Origin: Yuukianura sp. NJ FZ-2021
Taxonomy: Eukaryota
DNA length: 64,000 nucleotides
Assembly: GCA_046563655.1 (NCBI GenBank)
Contig: CM102290.1
Coordinates: 14,074,001-14,138,000 of the forward strand
Direction of reading: 5' to 3'
The notes under the pieces were generated by a model that worked only from the letters and a program-made list of their open reading frames with translations, had not been told where the DNA came from and ran no database searches. The position numbers and the translations under genes were made by a program. Shown here in pieces: positions 25,013 to 38,787 of this stretch (positions are counted from its first letter, which is position 1; every line of letters begins with the position of its first letter).

Positions 25013-28000
25013 ATGGACAGGATTGGTACGACGAGCTCTGAAGTTGCGGATCCCTCCACTTGTTGCAAATCCATGGAATTCTATCGAAAGCTAATTACTA
25101 ATTACATTGAACAGGTAACTTCTCAATAAATCGTCAAACACACATTCAAACTAATTAACTCAGAATCCGGTTGATGAATCGTTGTCTCACTACTTTTCTT
25201 AGCTCCGAAGACGGCAGAACATGGCTAAACTTTATCATTCATGAATAATTCTTAACATGACATTTTTTCCTTTCCTTCCAGCATGAATATACTTCGGCAA
25301 TATTTTGGGCGGATAAGCTAATTACTCTGTCAGTAGAACAGGATCAAGATATCTACTTACTAGCGCAGTGCTACTACTACAGTGGACAGTTCCAACGTGG
25401 CGCTTCCCTCCTCCTGTCACGCAAATTCGATCGCTGTAACCTCCATTTCAGATGTCTAACGGCCAAATGCCTTTATGCCGCTAAAGACTACATCAAGGCC
25501 CTGGACGTTCTGGATTTATCCAACTCTAGTCTCGTTCCGGGTTACAAGTTTCGGGAATCCACTTGGACTCCACCCGGCATCACAACTGCTGCTGTCACAG
25601 CACAAATATTTCTGCTACGCGGGAAGGTGTATGAAGCCCTCATGAACCGGATCCTGGCTGCTCAAAATTACAAAGATGCTCTCCATAGTGACATTTACTG
25701 TTTCGAAGCCTTTCAACTCCTTACACAACATCACATGTTATCTTTTGCAGAGGAGACTGATTTGTTTGAAGTACTTCCGTTTGACAAAGACTGTGTGAAT
25801 GGGGACGTTGAATTTGTCAAGTACTTGTATTCTATCCATATCAAAAAATATTCAACTGTAACTACTGCTCTCAGTCCCGTCCAATTTGCTGTGATGCGGA
25901 AAAATCTGGATGTGCTGACAGGGGATGCTGAGCGGTTGTACTACAACGGTGACTTTCTTCAAGCCTACAAAGTCTGTACAAGGTACTTAACTTTATAAGT
26001 ACAAACTAACTTTTCTGAACTCCAAACTTTTTTGAACTTCAAAAAAGTTAAAATTTTTGAAAGTTCGAAATTTTGAAAGTTTTCACTTGTTGCAGAGTGA
26101 TGACTGAAGATCCGCTGCATCTCGGCTGTTTTCCAGTGTACATTGCCTGTTTAGTAGAACTGAAGAAAGTTACGGGTAATTTTTAGTTTTTAGTTTACTG
26201 AGTGTCGAAATGTATGAAACTAATTAATTTCCTGATTGATTGTTTCAGAACTGTTCAAAGTGTCCCATAAATTAGTCGAAGCGATACCGAATACCGCTTT
26301 AGGCTGGTACGCCGTAGGCAGTTACTACTTTGCCATAGGAAAGCAGGACATGGCTAGACGGAATCTCAACAAATCGATGTGCATTGACCCGGTCTTTGGC
26401 CCGTCATGGCTGCTCTTTGGTCACTCATTTGCTCAGGAAGGGGAACATGACCAGGCTATGGCAGCATACTTCAAGGCGACACAACTCATGAAGGGGTAAG
26501 TTCAAGCGTTTAGAAAGTTTCTGAAACGACATTTTGAAAATTTTGAAAATTAATTTTGATTTCCACCATTTTCTGTCCATTTCAGATGCCATCTTCCTCT
26601 GTTGCATGTCGGCATGGAATGTGGAATTAGCAACAATCCGCAACTTGCTATGAAGTTTCTTCAAGACGCTTTGACTCTTGCTCCAAAAGATCCAACGATT
26701 CATCATGAAATGGGCGTCATTAAGTTTAATGAAAAGAGGTAACTAAATCACTTGCCAAGATTTTCCCAGTACCTCCAGCATTACATTTTTCATCTGAGCA
26801 AAAGTTTATGCAATACAAGCAGATTGCAAAAGTTTCGTTCATTGCATCAGAAACTTTTACAATTTCGTTAAAAACTTCAAGTTTAAATTGAAATTCAAAT
26901 CGAAATGTTGTCTTTTGCTCAGATAATTTCTGTTGTTGCGGCGTAATCAGCTTCAGTCAAACTCTAAACTGAAGCTAAAGATTATGTACAAGCACAACAC
27001 AAAAAATCATAAAAATTTTGTTTTCGTTTCATTTCCTACTTGGTTGTCTGTCAGCAAACGAAAAGGATGAAGCCTATGAATTGACAATCCTAAGATAAAT
27101 GCAACAGTTTTACCTTAAGTAGTTTCATTTTTAACAATAGTTTTTATGAGTCTACAGTAACCGACAGGGTACATGGATATTTTTAAAAAAAATGATCTTA
27201 CAAGGTCAAAATTTCAAAATTTTGAATTGTTTTTCAGGTATCCTGAATCACATGCCCATTTTTCAGAAGCTTTGACACTCGTAGAGAAACCGCATATGCA
27301 ACATTTTCAGAAAAAATGGGAACCTTTGTACAATAACCTGGGCCATGTTTGTCGAAAACTGAAAAAGTACAACGAAGCTTATGCATTTCATCAGAAGGTA
27401 ATAGTCCCTACAGCCAAATTCTCGAAATTTTTTTTTTCAAAATTTCGGATTTCGAAATCCAATTAGCATAACTTCGTGTATAGATAACACGAGTGTTATC
27501 TCTGCACTGCACTCAGTTTCGGAGTGAGCAGAGTTTGAATTACATTCCTGGAATTCCTTGGTTTTGTATTGACCCGCCCATCCTACCCTACCCGCCCGCT
27601 TTATACCCGCCCTTAAATTAACTTTAAACTTAAATTGATTTCAAGGTAAACTAAGGTTTTCTTTAATGTTTTGTAGGCTCTACTACTGAAACCAACAATG
27701 GCTTCTACCCATTCTGCCATAGGAGTTCTACATGCCATCAAGTGGAAAACTAATTTAGCAGTGGATGCGTTCCATAAAGCTCTGTCACTGCAAAGAGACG
27801 ATGCTTTTAGTAACACGATGTTGAGACAAGTTATCGACAAATTAGTAGAAGATTGCAAAGACGGTAAGGATTAGAGCACAGGAATTCGCCAATTAAGTCT
27901 CAAGTTAGCTTATCGGACCACCCTCCAAGTAAAAACAGAGGGGGAGGGAGTTATGCTGATAGCGACCTGCTTAAAACTGCTTGCTTGTGCTGTCCAACTT

Positions 28001-28644
28001 GTTTGTTATACAAGTGAGACGTATTTCTTACATTGGGTTGGCCTAAGGCGAAATTGCAACAGTTGTAACCACCTACATCGTATATATGCTCCCGCTACCT
28101 AAATAGTATTCTAATTTGGTGGTTAAAGACCTTATCATAGTATTCGTATATAATTTATATATTATATATAGGTATATATAATGCGTATAACCACCGAGAC
28201 CGAATTAGAATACTATGTATAAAGGTAGCTTTTTTCATTTACATAGGAAAACCTCGCCGGTACGCACTACTAAAACGTGTGTGACGTCTGTAACTATTGT
28301 GGTGAATTGTTACTATAAAAATCGCATAACGATACTAACAAAATCAATCAAAAATGCAACCAAACCGTCCATTTTATGAACAGCCACTCGGTGTACTGTA
28401 CAAGTTTACTGTTGCTTTTGCAACACCGCGGGGTTACACCTGATGCAACGTATCCTTACCCCAACCACATTCTGTTTTAGGATCGAACGTAACTTTGATG
28501 TTTCCTTTTTGTATGATAGATTCAAGGGCTGGGAAGGTCATATGCTTGGACAAACAGGAGAGTGAAGACGATGGAGGGTCAGAAGATTCTACAACGGATG
28601 AGAGCGAAGCAGAGACGCTACTTGCCCCATTTCCATTCGCTTGA
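25013..28644 (+). CDS. CDC16: Anaphase-promoting complex subunit 6 (TPR); exons ~25013-25114, 25282-25982, 26097-26175, 26250-26495, 26586-26738, 27238-27397, 27677-27864, 28520-28644
   Basis: SAIFWADKL, LLRGKVYEAL, YCFEAF, WYAVGSYY, FGHSFAQEGEHDQAMAAY, WEPLYNNLGHVCRKLKKY; last acidic exon inferred from splice phase. Confidence 0.93.
28103..28216. mobile_element. Small inverted-repeat element (MITE remnant) in the last CDC16 intron
   Basis: ATAGTATTCTAATTTGGT / ACCGAATTAGAATACTAT (1 mismatch). Confidence 0.55.
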
Positions 28645-29264
28645 TTAACTACCTGTACGGTGGTACGGTACATGTCAAGTTTAGAGTTTAGTTTGTGTAT
28701 TCAACAACACAAAAGACAGAACTGGACAGAGGAAACACAAACTAAAACACAGGAAGGGGATCAACACATTGAAGTCAGGGGATTAACTTAATTTGAATCA
28801 AGTCAATTCCTTACAAAAAGCGTTGGGTTGGCTCATTTCGAAGTATCCGGAGTCCATTTCAGGTACGGAAAAGTTCCTTGAAGTGGAGGAGGGAGGATAT
28901 AATAAAAGCAGCGTCCTGGACGAGAGTCAGTTCCACTTGCACGACGACCTCGGACCAGTCTTCATCCTTCAACTTTGTGTGAACACTGCATTTGACTTGT
29001 TATTTAGTTAGTTGCTGTCACTACTTGTGTAGATACATTTCAAAACATTGGCCAAAACAAAACGTTTTTCTTTCGTTTTCATTCCCCCGTAGTAGTTCTA
29101 TAAGGAGGGAGGAAAGCATTAGATTTCCGGAAGGATTTTAATCTCTTGTTGCTGCTCTAATTATTCGAAAAGTAGTTGAAATTTTTAAAGAGAACGGTAA
29201 CACCTCTTGTTAGTTTAGATTTCTTTAGTTTAGTTTTTTTGATTGATTTTAAAACTGAAAAACT

Positions 29265-31817
29265 ATGCCGGTGGGCGGAGCGTCAAAGTTTGCTCATCTG
29301 TGGAAAGATGAGTCATCTCAGTCGCCATGTTCGTCTGACTCGTCAATGGACGACAGTAAGGAAGACCCCTTGAAAGTGACGATGGGATTTCTCAAGTCGA
29401 TGGACAAGGAGTCACTGGACTACCTTCGAAGGGAGCAAGATTCGGCCGGGGGAGCTCTTGGAGGGTCATCACTGGATTATCTTCGACGAGACTGTGACAC
29501 GACTGACCTGTTTGCATCCTTTGGGTATGATACAAGTTTTGGCGCAGTGACGTCCCACTCATCGCAGACTCCGAAAATGGACATGTCACCGATTTCGTCG
29601 ACGTCTCCAGGACGATCTACGCAGAAGTATGGCGTTGCTGAACGAGCTTTCGGAGCAATAACGTCCTCAGGTACGACTTGGCCGTCAGAGTCCGAAAATG
29701 CTGCTGGTGGAAGTCCATTGTATCGGAACGTCCCAGATGGGAGCGGTATGAGGTATGACCTGAAGTTTGACACTCAATTAATCGTAAGTAGCTAATTAAT
29801 CGCCTGATTGTTGTGATATTTGTAGTGCTCTTGTCAACTGTTCACCATTTGTGCCAGCATCAGTATCTAATCATGCTGCTGGAAATGACCTCTGCCGCAC
29901 CTTCACCACCCCACGGAAGTCTGACGACCTTATCGGAGCCTTGGGAGGAATGGGTTGTCAAGGTCAGCTGTTGTCAACTCCTGCTTCCAATGGACTAATA
30001 CCATTTGAACCCAAGTATGGGTCAGGCAACTCTTTGACAGGACTTGATGCACCACTTACGTCGTCGCCAGTGTCCACTTCTTCAGTTGACACTGATACGT
30101 CCGGGTTCAACGGCAGCAATCATGGAGCCAACTCTTTCGCTCTAGGTGGACCGTACGGTTCCCTGACTCAATCACTTACGTACATCGCCTGTCAGTTGGT
30201 AAATATTGTTAAATAACAATATTTGACGTAGATGGGCGAGTGGCGAACGTAATCGTAACGTTCTTACTAACATTCTTAGGCTGATCTTGGATTTGACTCT
30301 GCTCAGGGAGATACTTCTCCTCGTAGTCCTTGGAACGCCAACCGAGTTTCAGGGTTTGCCAACATGAGTCAAGAGACAATGCAGAAGTGGATACGCGTAA
30401 GGTCACAAGTTTTTAGAAAAGTGAATGTTGTAGTAGTTGCTATCATGACGTTTATTCTATTTTCAGATACTGCGGAACATTCAAGATACGCTGCTGATGA
30501 ACACGAATGACGCTGATCCGGGTCAAAAAGCTCAAATGCTCGAACTGAGCTGTACACTCCAGAAACAGCTTCTGTACAAAATAGTCGAACATGATTCGTC
30601 AGCCAAGATCACATCGCACTTTGGCAATGGAGCTCCGTCGTTTGACTTTGTCAACGAAAGTCACATTCAGGCTGCTAAGTTTCTCCGAGAACATGCAGGT
30701 CAGCTGGAAGAATTTGAAATTTTCATTTTCTTAAGAACGATTTTCAAGAATTAGAAAACGTTTTTTTTCCCCTTAGGATTTCTTCCACAAGAGCCGTACT
30801 TGTGGAGAGGAACGCTGCCGCGCCGTGACTACCAAAATGCTGTCTTTTCTTGCAAAGTTTTTCTGGGTGGACTACCTTATGACATGACGGAGCTTGGTAT
30901 GATCCAGGCTTTCAAGCCTTTTGGAAATGTAACGGTTGAGTGGCCTGGAAAACTTGAGAATCCCCTGCAGCACAAGGGCTACGCCTACATTATTTTTGAA
31001 AATGAGAAGCAGGTGAGGTCAAACGTTATAAACAACGGATTTGACATATTTGTGGCTGAAATTTTGAATGTTTTTGTTGTTCAAGGTCAACATCATGCTG
31101 CAACATTGCACTGTGGACTACAACCAAGATGGGAAATGGTTTTGCAAAATGTCGTCACGACGCGTGCGTATGAAACTTGTTGAAGTAATTCCATGGGCAC
31201 TTTCGGACAGTAACTTCGCTGTACGCCCAACGTCAAAACTGGAATCTCATCTCACAATTTTTGTTGGCGCGCTTCATGGAATGCTCAACGCTGAAGGCCT
31301 GGCAATGGTCATGGAGGATCTTTTCGGCAGAGTTGTTCACGCTGGTGAGTCTTATTTTTCGAATTTGACGGTAACTGTGCCAAATACATACAAAAAATTC
31401 TCAGCGTCAGAAATGTATCACTTGGTTTCATTTTTTTTCGCAGGAATTGACACAGACAAGAACAAGTACCCGATCGGTTCTGGACGTGTGAGCTTCGATG
31501 ACTTTGAATCCTACTTTACCGCAATCAACGCTGCTTTTGTGGAAATCAAGTCTTCCAAGTTTTCAAAAGTTGTTCAAATGGATCCATACCTTCAAGATGC
31601 CAACTGCAGTCAGTGCAGCTTACAGCAAGCTCCATACTTTTGTCGCAGTTTCACTTGTTTCCGCTACTACTGTCTCACATGCTTCGAGTTGGCTCATGCC
31701 TCGGAAGCATTTCGTTCACATCGTCGAATGATGCGCAGTCCAAACAAGAAGTCGCAGAGCAGTGGATTCACCTCGCCATGTCCACCGTACAAGGTCAATT
31801 ACCGCACACTTAATTAA
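29265..31817 (+). CDS. CPEB1: Cytoplasmic polyadenylation element-binding protein 1 (orb-type): 2 RRMs plus ZZ finger, long Ser-rich N-terminus
   Basis: SCKVFLGGLP, VEVIPW, TIFVGALHGMLNAEGL, AGIDTDKNKYPIGSGRV, QMDPYL and C-x2-C...C-x4-C...C-x2-C-x4-H; 5' exons less certain. Confidence 0.93.
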
Positions 31818-33010
31818 TTCTCCTAACGAACTATGAGTTATTAACGGGCCAACGGCCAACCAACTTTCCCTAAAGTTTCTAACATTCGTTTTTTTTTGTT
31901 CGATTAAGTTAATCATTGTTTTGCGCCAGACTCAAACCGACTTTAAATCTCGGTGGTAATATGTTTTTATGTCCAGTGTCCAAAATTTAATAAGTTTCAA
32001 CCAACGATTCCGAAAATGTTATGCAAAAATGGTGACCTCTGTGACCCTCCTCACCTCTTTTTCTTGACGTGATCTTTGGATCTAAGTTTAACATTGTAGG
32101 ATCAAAGTTTGTAGGTTGTTAGTTTAATTCCCCAATTAGTTAAAAGTAGTTAACTAAAACCAAGGTCAGAGGTCAAGTACTATTGAACCTCACATTTTAT
32201 TAGCGTTATGTTAGTATCTCAGGTGACCCGAGCTTAACCCGTTTGGCACGGATCCAAATTTTCAAGTTGAAAAAAAAGGCACTAAGTCATAAGTGAAAAG
32301 TTAAGGAGAAGCGATTAAGAGCTTCCAGCAGGGCTAATTTCAATTTAATTTGTCACTTTTCGATTAATAGGAAGAATAAATTTTTGAGTTTAAAGTAATT
32401 GAGGAGTTTAACAGTTAACGTATTTCCTGAGAATAGGACAGGACCTTAAATTTAAAACAAATATTTTCAATTTATCTACTAAATTCACTGAGATTCTAAT
32501 AGAAACTAGTAAATAAAAATTATTTGCCTAGATGACCAAAATTGTGGTGGTTGTGAAAAGAGAGACTTTACTGTAACTGACACAACCAACGTAACATTTG
32601 TCGAACGTGGAACGTTGGAATTTAAACATTTCATAGTATTCGGTGTGTCAACATCAGCGATCAGTGTATCAGCATCAGCACTTTCCTTATATTGTCGTTT
32701 GTACAACGTTCTGGTCAGCTGACCTTGACTTACCGTCGGATCTCGTGTTTTGCTCATCCGGTCTCTGGACACAGCAGGTAATAAGTTATACTTTGTCTAT
32801 TTTTGAACTAATCGATTGATTAATAATTGAATGTGTGAATTCCAGGTGACTGGGAGCCTATTTTACTCTGGAAAATGTAAACATAACGTTAAGGTTGCCT
32901 GGAACAACCCTCCGCTTCTACAGTGCTATCTGGTCAGTCAAGTTCTGCTGGAAGTTCCAGTCTGGAATCCTACTACGGGTAAAGGTCAACGTCAATTTGT
33001 GACCGTAGCA

Positions 33011-34773
33011 ATGTCATTCAGATGCTGGAGTCGAATGCTGAGTGAAACTATGAAGAAACATGCGGGGTCTCAACAAGGATTGATTACGAAATCATTTTCT
33101 CAGTCACAAAGACATCTTCAGGCAGCTCAGGGACAAGGACTTACGGAATTCAATCCCAAGAAAGTACTCATTCTTACGAAGTTGTCACGATTTGATTTTG
33201 AAAAGTTGCGACATTCAACACTTACTGAAATACAACTGGAATCGACTCTAAAGAAACGTGGATCCGACTATAACACACTTTTGTACCATCATTACATCCA
33301 TAAAGTAAGAATATCAATTAAGATTTTTATGATTAATCATAACTTTATAAGTTAATTAGATGCAATGTGGGATTTCTTGTTGTTGTAGGGATGTGAAGCT
33401 CGTGTACTGGAATGTCTACAGTCGTTTGGAGTAGAAACGCGGATTGTAAATCGATTTGAATACACACAGGTATGAATTAGATTTGAATCGATTACTGTTG
33501 AATTTCAATTGCAACTAATTAGGTTACTGGTAATTGGTTTTAGGAAAACATTGATTGGGCTGATGTAATTGTGACTACAGGAGGAGACGGAACTTTTCTA
33601 ATGGCTGCATGTAGAATTCAAGATCGTGAGAAACCGGTAATCGGATTCAATACAGATCCGACACGATCCGAAGGGTACCTCTGCCTTCCCAAAAAATATT
33701 CCATTAACATTAGAGAAGCTGTTCGCAAGTTATTTGAGGTAAGCTATAATTAGTACAAAGTTAGTTAATTGGAACTAAATTTTAATTTAACTCTTGCAGG
33801 GTAAATTCCGATGGACATTTCGAAAGAGAATTCGAATTACACTAACGGGAGAAAAAGTTTTCCAGCCCCCAGTTGAGCTGCATGATCAACAATTACAACA
33901 TCCAGAGTATAGGTGACCAAAATTTTTGGATTTCTTAGCATTTTGAAAGCTTAAAATTTCGAAAAATTATTTTCGAACTAATCGATCATGAAATATTTCA
34001 GGTTCTTTGACTGCCTCCAGGAACAACTCAAATCTGCTGGCAGACGACATATTATAGAGAATCCTCAACGGAGAGTTCTTCCTGCGCTGGCGCTAAATGA
34101 AGTAAGATTAATCAAATCTAATTTAAGAAAATCTATGCAAGTTGTTCTAAAAGTGCCACATTTTGTAGGTTTACTTTGGTGAATGTGTTTCCGCGAGAGT
34201 CTCATACTTTGAAGTATCAATCAACGATGGTGAGCGAATCAAATCTAAGAATGCTGGACTTTGTGCTTCGACTGGAACCGGGTCCACGTCATGGTCGTAC
34301 AACATTAGCAAAATTTCTCCTCAAACGACAGAAGCCCTTTGTGAAATCCTTGGGCGTGAAGAGGGAATTGATGTCTCTGGACTCAACAAATTGATGATTG
34401 ATCGTATCACGAGAGAGTATAACAATAACTTAATTTTTCATTCAGGTAAATACACATGCTTCAAAATTATATATGCCAAAATACTTCAAAATACGTTTTT
34501 GAACGTTTTTTTTTTGAAATTTCAGAAGTGAACAAAATGTTATACACCATAAGGGATCCCATTTCGTCCTACACGCTTCCTTACGCCCTTGAAGTCCCCC
34601 CGAGGGGCTATGCAACCAAAATGGAAGTGCGTTCGCGTTGCTTCGATGCCTGTTTGGTCATAGACGGAGGTCTGTCGTTTGCCTTCAATGATGGAACCAT
34701 AGCGGTTCTGGAAGTACACGACTGTGACTCACTCCGGACCGTCAGCGACGTATTTGAAGACGACGAAGAGTAG
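33011..34773 (+). CDS. NADK2: NAD kinase 2, mitochondrial, ~7 exons
   Basis: Basic presequence-like N-terminus, VLILTKLSRFDFEK, GGDGT motif, NTDPTRSEGYL, ALNEVYFGE, STGTGSTSW, VIDGG...FNDG. Confidence 0.93.
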
Positions 34774-34983
34774 ATGCTGCCAACATCATGCTGGAGGGAT
34801 GTTGCTGCTGGATCCAGCAGCATTAGCGGGGAGATGAGGAACAAACATATCCTTTTAGTTGTAAACTTTGACTTAGCCAATTAGTAATTAATTAGTTAAT
34901 GTATAACTTTTCGGTGATATTTTATGAATTCCTAGTACGATATACCTTCGATCAATCCATAATTAGACTTAAGTAGAACAAGC

Positions 34984-35599
34984 GACTCGCCGACAGAAGT
35001 GGACAGACAAAAGTGGATTCTTACAAAAGTGGATATTTTACAAATCCTACTTTACAAATGCGGACCCTTCAAAAGTGGATACCTACAAAAGTGGATCCTT
35101 ACAGAAGTGGATTCCTACAAAAGTGGACCCTTACAAAAGAGGATCCATACAAAAGAGTATATGTTCCGGGGTTGTCCAACCTAGCATAACGTACGTTAGT
35201 TTACGTAGCATAACCTAGCCTAACTTAATTTAACTTAAATCAGCATTACTGAAGATCAAAAAAACCTAACTTTAACATGAACCAAAGTCATTAACAATAG
35301 AATACGTAACCTAACCTAACCTAGGAAATTAGAAACAGAAATAAAATAATTATAAGTGCTATAAAAGGTTGTTCTCAAATCCAGAATCACAAAACTGCTA
35401 ACCAAAATTAAAATATTTTAGTATCCACTTTTGTCGGAATCCTCTTTTGTAAGGATCTTCTTTTGTAAGGATCCACTTCTGTAAGGATCCACTTTTGTAG
35501 GTATCCACTTTTGAAGGGTCCGCATTTGTAAAGTAGGATTTGTAAAATATCCACTTTTGTAAGAGTCCACTTTTGTCTATCCACTTCTGTCGGCGGACC
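34984..35599. mobile_element. Non-autonomous foldback element with ~135-bp TIRs made of 16-bp subrepeats and a perfect 8-bp TSD
   Basis: Arms 34988-~35125 and ~35460-35595 are near-perfect reverse complements (ACAAAAGTGGATCCTT units); GAACAAGC at 34976-34983 and 35600-35607. Confidence 0.92.
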
Positions 35600-35814
35600 G
35601 AACAAGCAAATGTAATCAACTACATCGCGCAGCGCTACACAAAACGAAGGCTGACGATGAAAGTGATTGGGACTGATTTAATTAATTAAATCAATTAATT
35701 AATATAGCTAATTAATTAATGATAATTAATTAGCTTTTGATTGCCGTATGTTCATTTCAAATGTAGGTCAGCGAGTTTACCCATCGCTGGACGCTGATCG
35801 TTGTTTAGTTGACG

Positions 35815-36029
35815 TAAGGATTAACGACAGTCATTGTACCCGCACAGTGTTGCCACTCTGGCCATGTTTTGTGGTAGCAATAGGCGACTACACGTTCGCG
35901 GGAACTTTTGTAGCCACTTTAAGGTAACTTAACATAAAGCGACAACATAAGTTGCCGCATGGTGTAGCCATCTACTGTACCCACAAAGAGGCTACACATC
36001 GTGGTTACAACGACGGTCGTTAAGCCTTA
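35815..36029. mobile_element. MITE with TAAGG...CCTTA ends
   Basis: Imperfect ~29-bp TIR: TAAGGATTAACGACAGTCATTGTACCCGC versus reverse complement TAAGGCTTAACGACCGTCGTTGTAACCAC. Confidence 0.7.
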
Positions 36030-36327
36030 CGCCAACTCAGTGTTCTGGACAGGTATCCTCACATGCCAAAAGCCACCATCTCCCTCCTTTACTCGGTTTC
36101 CCTCTCATTTCTCCTCACACCTTTGGTTTTTCACTCCCTCCCTTGCCTTTGTTTTGTGGAGTGGGATTTTGTTCGGATCAGCATGTTTACCCTTTACCAC
36201 AATTTTAATCACGATTAACTAAGTAATTTATCATCAATTGATTGACGTCTTCTATCGTGATTATCGACTTCTAGTTACTTCAGCTCACAATAGGCCTTGA
36301 CACTACTTTACATCCTGTGTCACCATC

Positions 36328-38787
36328 ATGTCAACCAAATCAACCAGTAAACCAAAGTCGGAGGAAGTCTGTAAGTCAGAAACCTTTTTCTCATTGCACA
36401 TTGTACAATTTTAATAGTAGTAACATAGTTAGCCACAGTGTTTTTATCAATTAGCAATTAATGGTAATGGTTATGAAGTTACAATGATGATCATATAATT
36501 ACGAGATGAAGCCTAAAAATAACAAAAGTGGACTTGAAATATGTTGCTAAGACTTAGTTTTAGATTACTCCAGTTGAACCATGATGTAATGTTTCTGAAC
36601 TTTATAGATCCTGATGCCTTGTTCCTGAAAAACGAACGTGTCTTCTGTTTTCATGGGGCTATGATGTATGAGGGCAAAATACTTCTAGTAGAGAAGCTGG
36701 ACGAGAAGACAGACGAGGGGGACAGCTATCAGTACCTCATCCATTATGCTGGATGGAGCAAAAAGTGAGTCTGGATCTTACTAAACTCGACATTTAAGAA
36801 CTTCAAATTGAATTTAAATTGGGTGGGGTCATTTCAATTGCTAGATGGGACGAGCGTGTTCCGGAATCCAGAGTGCTCAAGTACAACGAAGAGAATATTG
36901 CTATCCAGAAAAAACAAAACGAGGAACAAAAGAAAGGCGGTGTAGCAGGAAAGAAGTACTGTGACCCATAAGTATCATTCGATACACAAGAATCCTCATT
37001 AATTTTAGTACGTTTTTGTTCTGGTTTGGTATTCAGGCGGGGAAAGGGAGGTGCAGGCAAGGGAGGTCCGGGAAGCAAGCGACTGGCAACAGCTGATTCG
37101 GTTCTTGCTTCTACCCCAACTGGCTCTGGCCCTACTACTCCGACACATGGACGGTATGACCCCTTTCACTTCTTCACTCCACTTAGTAACGTGGATGCCT
37201 CCGACAAAAGTTCGTCACTGCTCGACCTTGACACGACGCCAGAATCGAAGGAGCCCAGCTCCCATGCAGAGTCACGGCCAGAATCACCGGTACAAGATAA
37301 CGAAGGACCTTCTGATGGAACTTCCATCGCAGCTCCGGAATTGACTCTTTACGGGGACAGTGAACGGTTGAGTATCACTACGAAAGACAAAAAGGCTGAG
37401 TCTGAACAAGGTCAAGAAGGTGAACCGGCTCCTGCAGCATCTACTCCCAAGGAAACTGAAGATGATTTCTATGCTGACAGGGAAGTAGCTGGAGTGGATT
37501 GGGACGCAACGTTTCTCGTCGTAAGTCGAACCAATATAATACAAATCAGTAGAATCATACAGTGCAATCATAGCGGAGATTAAGATTGAGAAGTCAAATG
37601 CTTATGACATAACATAACACAGTCTTAACATAATGTAATTGAAGGATTTTTCGATTTTTGTTGTTTTTACAGAACAATTCTGACCATGATCAGGAGAATT
37701 CCGCCGAACCTGTGAGAACTAAGACTTTGTCGCAACGTTTAAACTACGAAGCAAAGATTCCTGTCACCCGATTGGACGAAATGGAGTTCGAGGACCTTGT
37801 TCCCGAAAAACTTCAGCGCTTGCTGGTTCGTGACTACTGTGGCATTAATCTCCAGAAGCTGGTAATTTAGAACCATAACTAATCAATTTACTTACTTACA
37901 ATTACTACCAACCAAATAGTACACTGATTTTTTTTCTTGTAGCTCTCAATTGCTCCATGTCGGTACTCGGTGAACAGAATCCTTGATGAATATCTTAAGA
38001 CTGTCAATCAACTGCCCATCATCAAGCGAATCCACTGCCAAGAGTTCATTAGAGGGCTCAAAGTCAACTTCAGTCGTGAGATGGCCGAGGGTACTTCTCT
38101 TGTCTACCAACCTGAGTACGATCAATACCGTGTCGTAAGTAAACCGAAATCAATTAAGTTACTTAGCCACTTATTAAATTGATTGGTTCAATTAATTACA
38201 ACATTCGTTTTATTCCTGATAGCTCTTGGAGCATATGCACCGGGAGGTGACCGCTTCAGCTGATGTTGAGGCACTCATTCTGGAGGTCTTCGGTCTCCGT
38301 CACCTCTTACGGTTTTGCTGTAAGATATTTTCTGAACCATATTTTGTTTCAAAGCAGGAATTTAGAGCGTTTCTTAAAAAACTTTTCAAAAAAGTGCTTA
38401 TGTTAATGAATTGTGATTTGTGTGTATCATTTTCAAGAAGTAGTTTTAACATTTCAGGCAAGTTCGCTTCTTACGTCAATAATCGCCGTGGGGAGGAGGA
38501 ACTACAAGAGAATTTGCTCAAGGAGTGTCTCGTTCATTTGTATTCGTAAGTGTATCTAAATTCTATAATATTTACGACTACTGCTTTTGTAACGTAGTGT
38601 TATTTTTCAATCGCAGTGATAGTATCCGATTATAGAATCCGATTGTTATGGTTTCAGGTTTCTGGACGAGAAAGCGGACAAGTTCTACGAGGACGTTGAA
38701 GAGGATCCAAACGACCTTAAGTTCCGCTACTTTTTGCACGAGCAGAACATGGCTAAATCGAAGGCGTCGCTTGGATTGCCACCTTAA
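36328..38787 (+). CDS. MRG-family chromo-barrel plus MRG-domain protein (MRG15/MSL3-like, divergent), ~9 exons
   Basis: [16 protein letters not shown]...[25 protein letters not shown]; degenerate MRG motifs [29 protein letters not shown]. Confidence 0.85.

Noticed and set aside
35309..35323. AACCT repeats as interstitial telomere
   Set aside because: Only about three units, inside a transposon spacer, and similar short runs are scattered across the window
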